The notes under the pieces were generated by a model. It worked only from the letters and a program-made list of their open reading frames with translations. It was not told where the DNA came from and searched no databases. From a bacterium (GTDB taxonomy: Bacteria; Zixibacteria; MSB-5A5; GN15; FEB-12), in NCBI GenBank assembly GCA_043811375.1, contig JBDRNJ010000057.1:1-64000 (forward strand): a DNA stretch of 64,000 bases, written 5' to 3'. Position 1 is the first letter of the stretch; each line of letters opens with the position of its first letter. Shown one piece after another: positions 63,701 through 64,000 of this stretch. The translations under genes were made by a program, and so were the position numbers.

Positions 63701-64000
63701 GAGTTTTGAGGATTGGCAGGTAGTATTTCCTCTGGTTCAGCCAATTTCAAAATCTACCTCTCAGGAAGCACTCGCCGAGCTTCTGCAAAGATACGCACGG
63801 AAACATGAACAGGTGTACTTCAAGGCACACATGTATCTCAAGGATCACTCACAATCAATATCGGATATCGTAGCCGGGTTTGCTCGAGTGGATAATGTAG
63901 ATGTTCTGGATGCACCCGGGCCTGGCCCGTACACGCATGGTGTTATTACGGTTAGATCTGATAATGGAAAGCGAGATCACCACCCGATAACGGAGGCTGC
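60774..64000 (+). CDS. Very large secreted RHS/YD-associated-type protein, partial (runs off the window end; absent from the ORF track)
   Basis: GGGAGA RBS + ATG 60774, signal peptide, VDLYTGDLNYKIPL...ITMDQEASWVGLGWSL...RQMRGLADD. The frame is still coherent at 63540 (AWRLRAIHLPSGGSLHIDYESD). Confidence 0.85.
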   Translation, partial: MVCSLPKFANRCSIVPICTVLLFLILSISIAFAVTSGPDDPNIQSISAVDVDQYVDLYTGDLNYKIPLFDLQGPNGNYPFVLTYSSNITMDQEASWVGLGWSLSAGAISRQMRGLADDWNGARVRKVRDVKPNYTWGVSAGGSLELIGADNKKGGKLSGSAGITAYYNNYKGWGQSRDIGFGYKNVGGTSLTAGLGLKLDTQGGLTLSPSLGLGWSLERKESEFQVGASASAAFNSRQGLSSLSLGYSGKVVKTKPTGDQGKRSPTDIMGLAGQSTLSFARSAYVPYYEMPMTGWNVSATFKLGGEFLGVHPNLYIRGFYNRQWLKNRAKVTAKSAFGYLHLEGFGTSETSGRIMDINREHDGMIRKESPNLPIPSLTHDIYTVTGTGMSGAFRPYRREIGVVYDPEVKSSITGGGLGVEIGGGNAVHVGIDGSLNHSVSESKPWLDPTLSEIYKFKGAMGESAQFKPYYFRFLGEHTAQDTSVLSHVGGERAVRAELATSGLSEIVDEAVDLDFELFSPTGQLTDAYGIATPAAQTESDAAEPRSRLIQSFSNADLIDADAFTNQHLHVTFYDVNEDAHVLERSGRDHDDIAAFVITGTDGVRYIYALPVYNNEHVEYVFSVEATGHECEPTYPLSQLGGSPGSEYYKVSNSEEYYRRTELPPYVYSYLLTAIVGPDYVDADNIPGASAGDFGHWVKFTYTKWEEDYKWRAPFVDANFNPGMQTPRDDKASFMYGSRQVYCLRTAETKTQIAQFFVSERRDARGAVDSMQTANSSSCLGASLFQLDKVSLFSRNSRLIHSSEDEVNELPLKTVHFRYRNELCRELPNGQPSSGYTQVDDTVSGKLTLKRLWFTHERSTRGSLSPYVFDYDYADPDRNPRYESHHQDAWGSYKPCLDNYKCWQMDVASPHQIDGSGSFDLGALNAHATAWRLRAIHLPSGGSLHIDYESDTYSHVQNKPATYMARIIDPDGNGKIGSFEDWQVVFPLVQPISKSTSQEALAELLQRYARKHEQVYFKAHMYLKDHSQSISDIVAGFARVDNVDVLDAPGPGPYTHGVITVRSDNGKRDHHPITEA

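Larger units (their letters stand above)
28290..64000. mobile_element. Genomic island downstream of tRNA-Asn (right boundary not seen)
   Basis: Abrupt switch from housekeeping genes to defence, recombinase, IS-remnant and orphan genes, with visibly less GC-biased sequence. No att duplicate was located. Confidence 0.7.

Overview
Bacterial genomic window. The dockerin-type motif and gene content suggest candidate phylum Zixibacteria or a relative (inference only). 1-28.2 kb is mostly core genome: a secreted S74-chaperone fibre protein paired with a dockerin protein, a liaF-like gene, argF, pyrR-pyrB-pyrC with a PyrR-binding RNA loop, a fused ECF ATPase, gcvH-gcvPA-gcvPB, accB/accC, pilT, an M24 peptidase, cmk-plsC-rpsA and pspC. 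Inside the gcv cluster is a gene the ORF track truncates. It encodes an exported thioredoxin-TPR protein with an in-frame TGA forming a UxxC motif, followed by a SECIS-like hairpin, so it is a probable selenoprotein. tRNA-Asn(GTT) at 28217-28289 marks the start of an accessory island that runs past the window end. The island holds (i) an XRE-SNF2-DUF3883 / DUF1156 methylase / DUF499 ATPase defence operon with a palindromic operator and a divergent Fe-S DNA glycosylase; (ii) a tightly coupled 10-gene cassette: soluble histidine kinase, two receiver-only proteins, a GYG ion channel, a LIV-type ABC importer and an NPPF methyltransferase; (iii) a large serine recombinase/DUF2924 plus ParB-methylase/HTH module; (iv) nuclease and IS3 remnants; and (v) two large divergent secreted proteins, one of which is absent from the ORF track because it runs off the end. 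All calls come from motif reading; no database searches were run.
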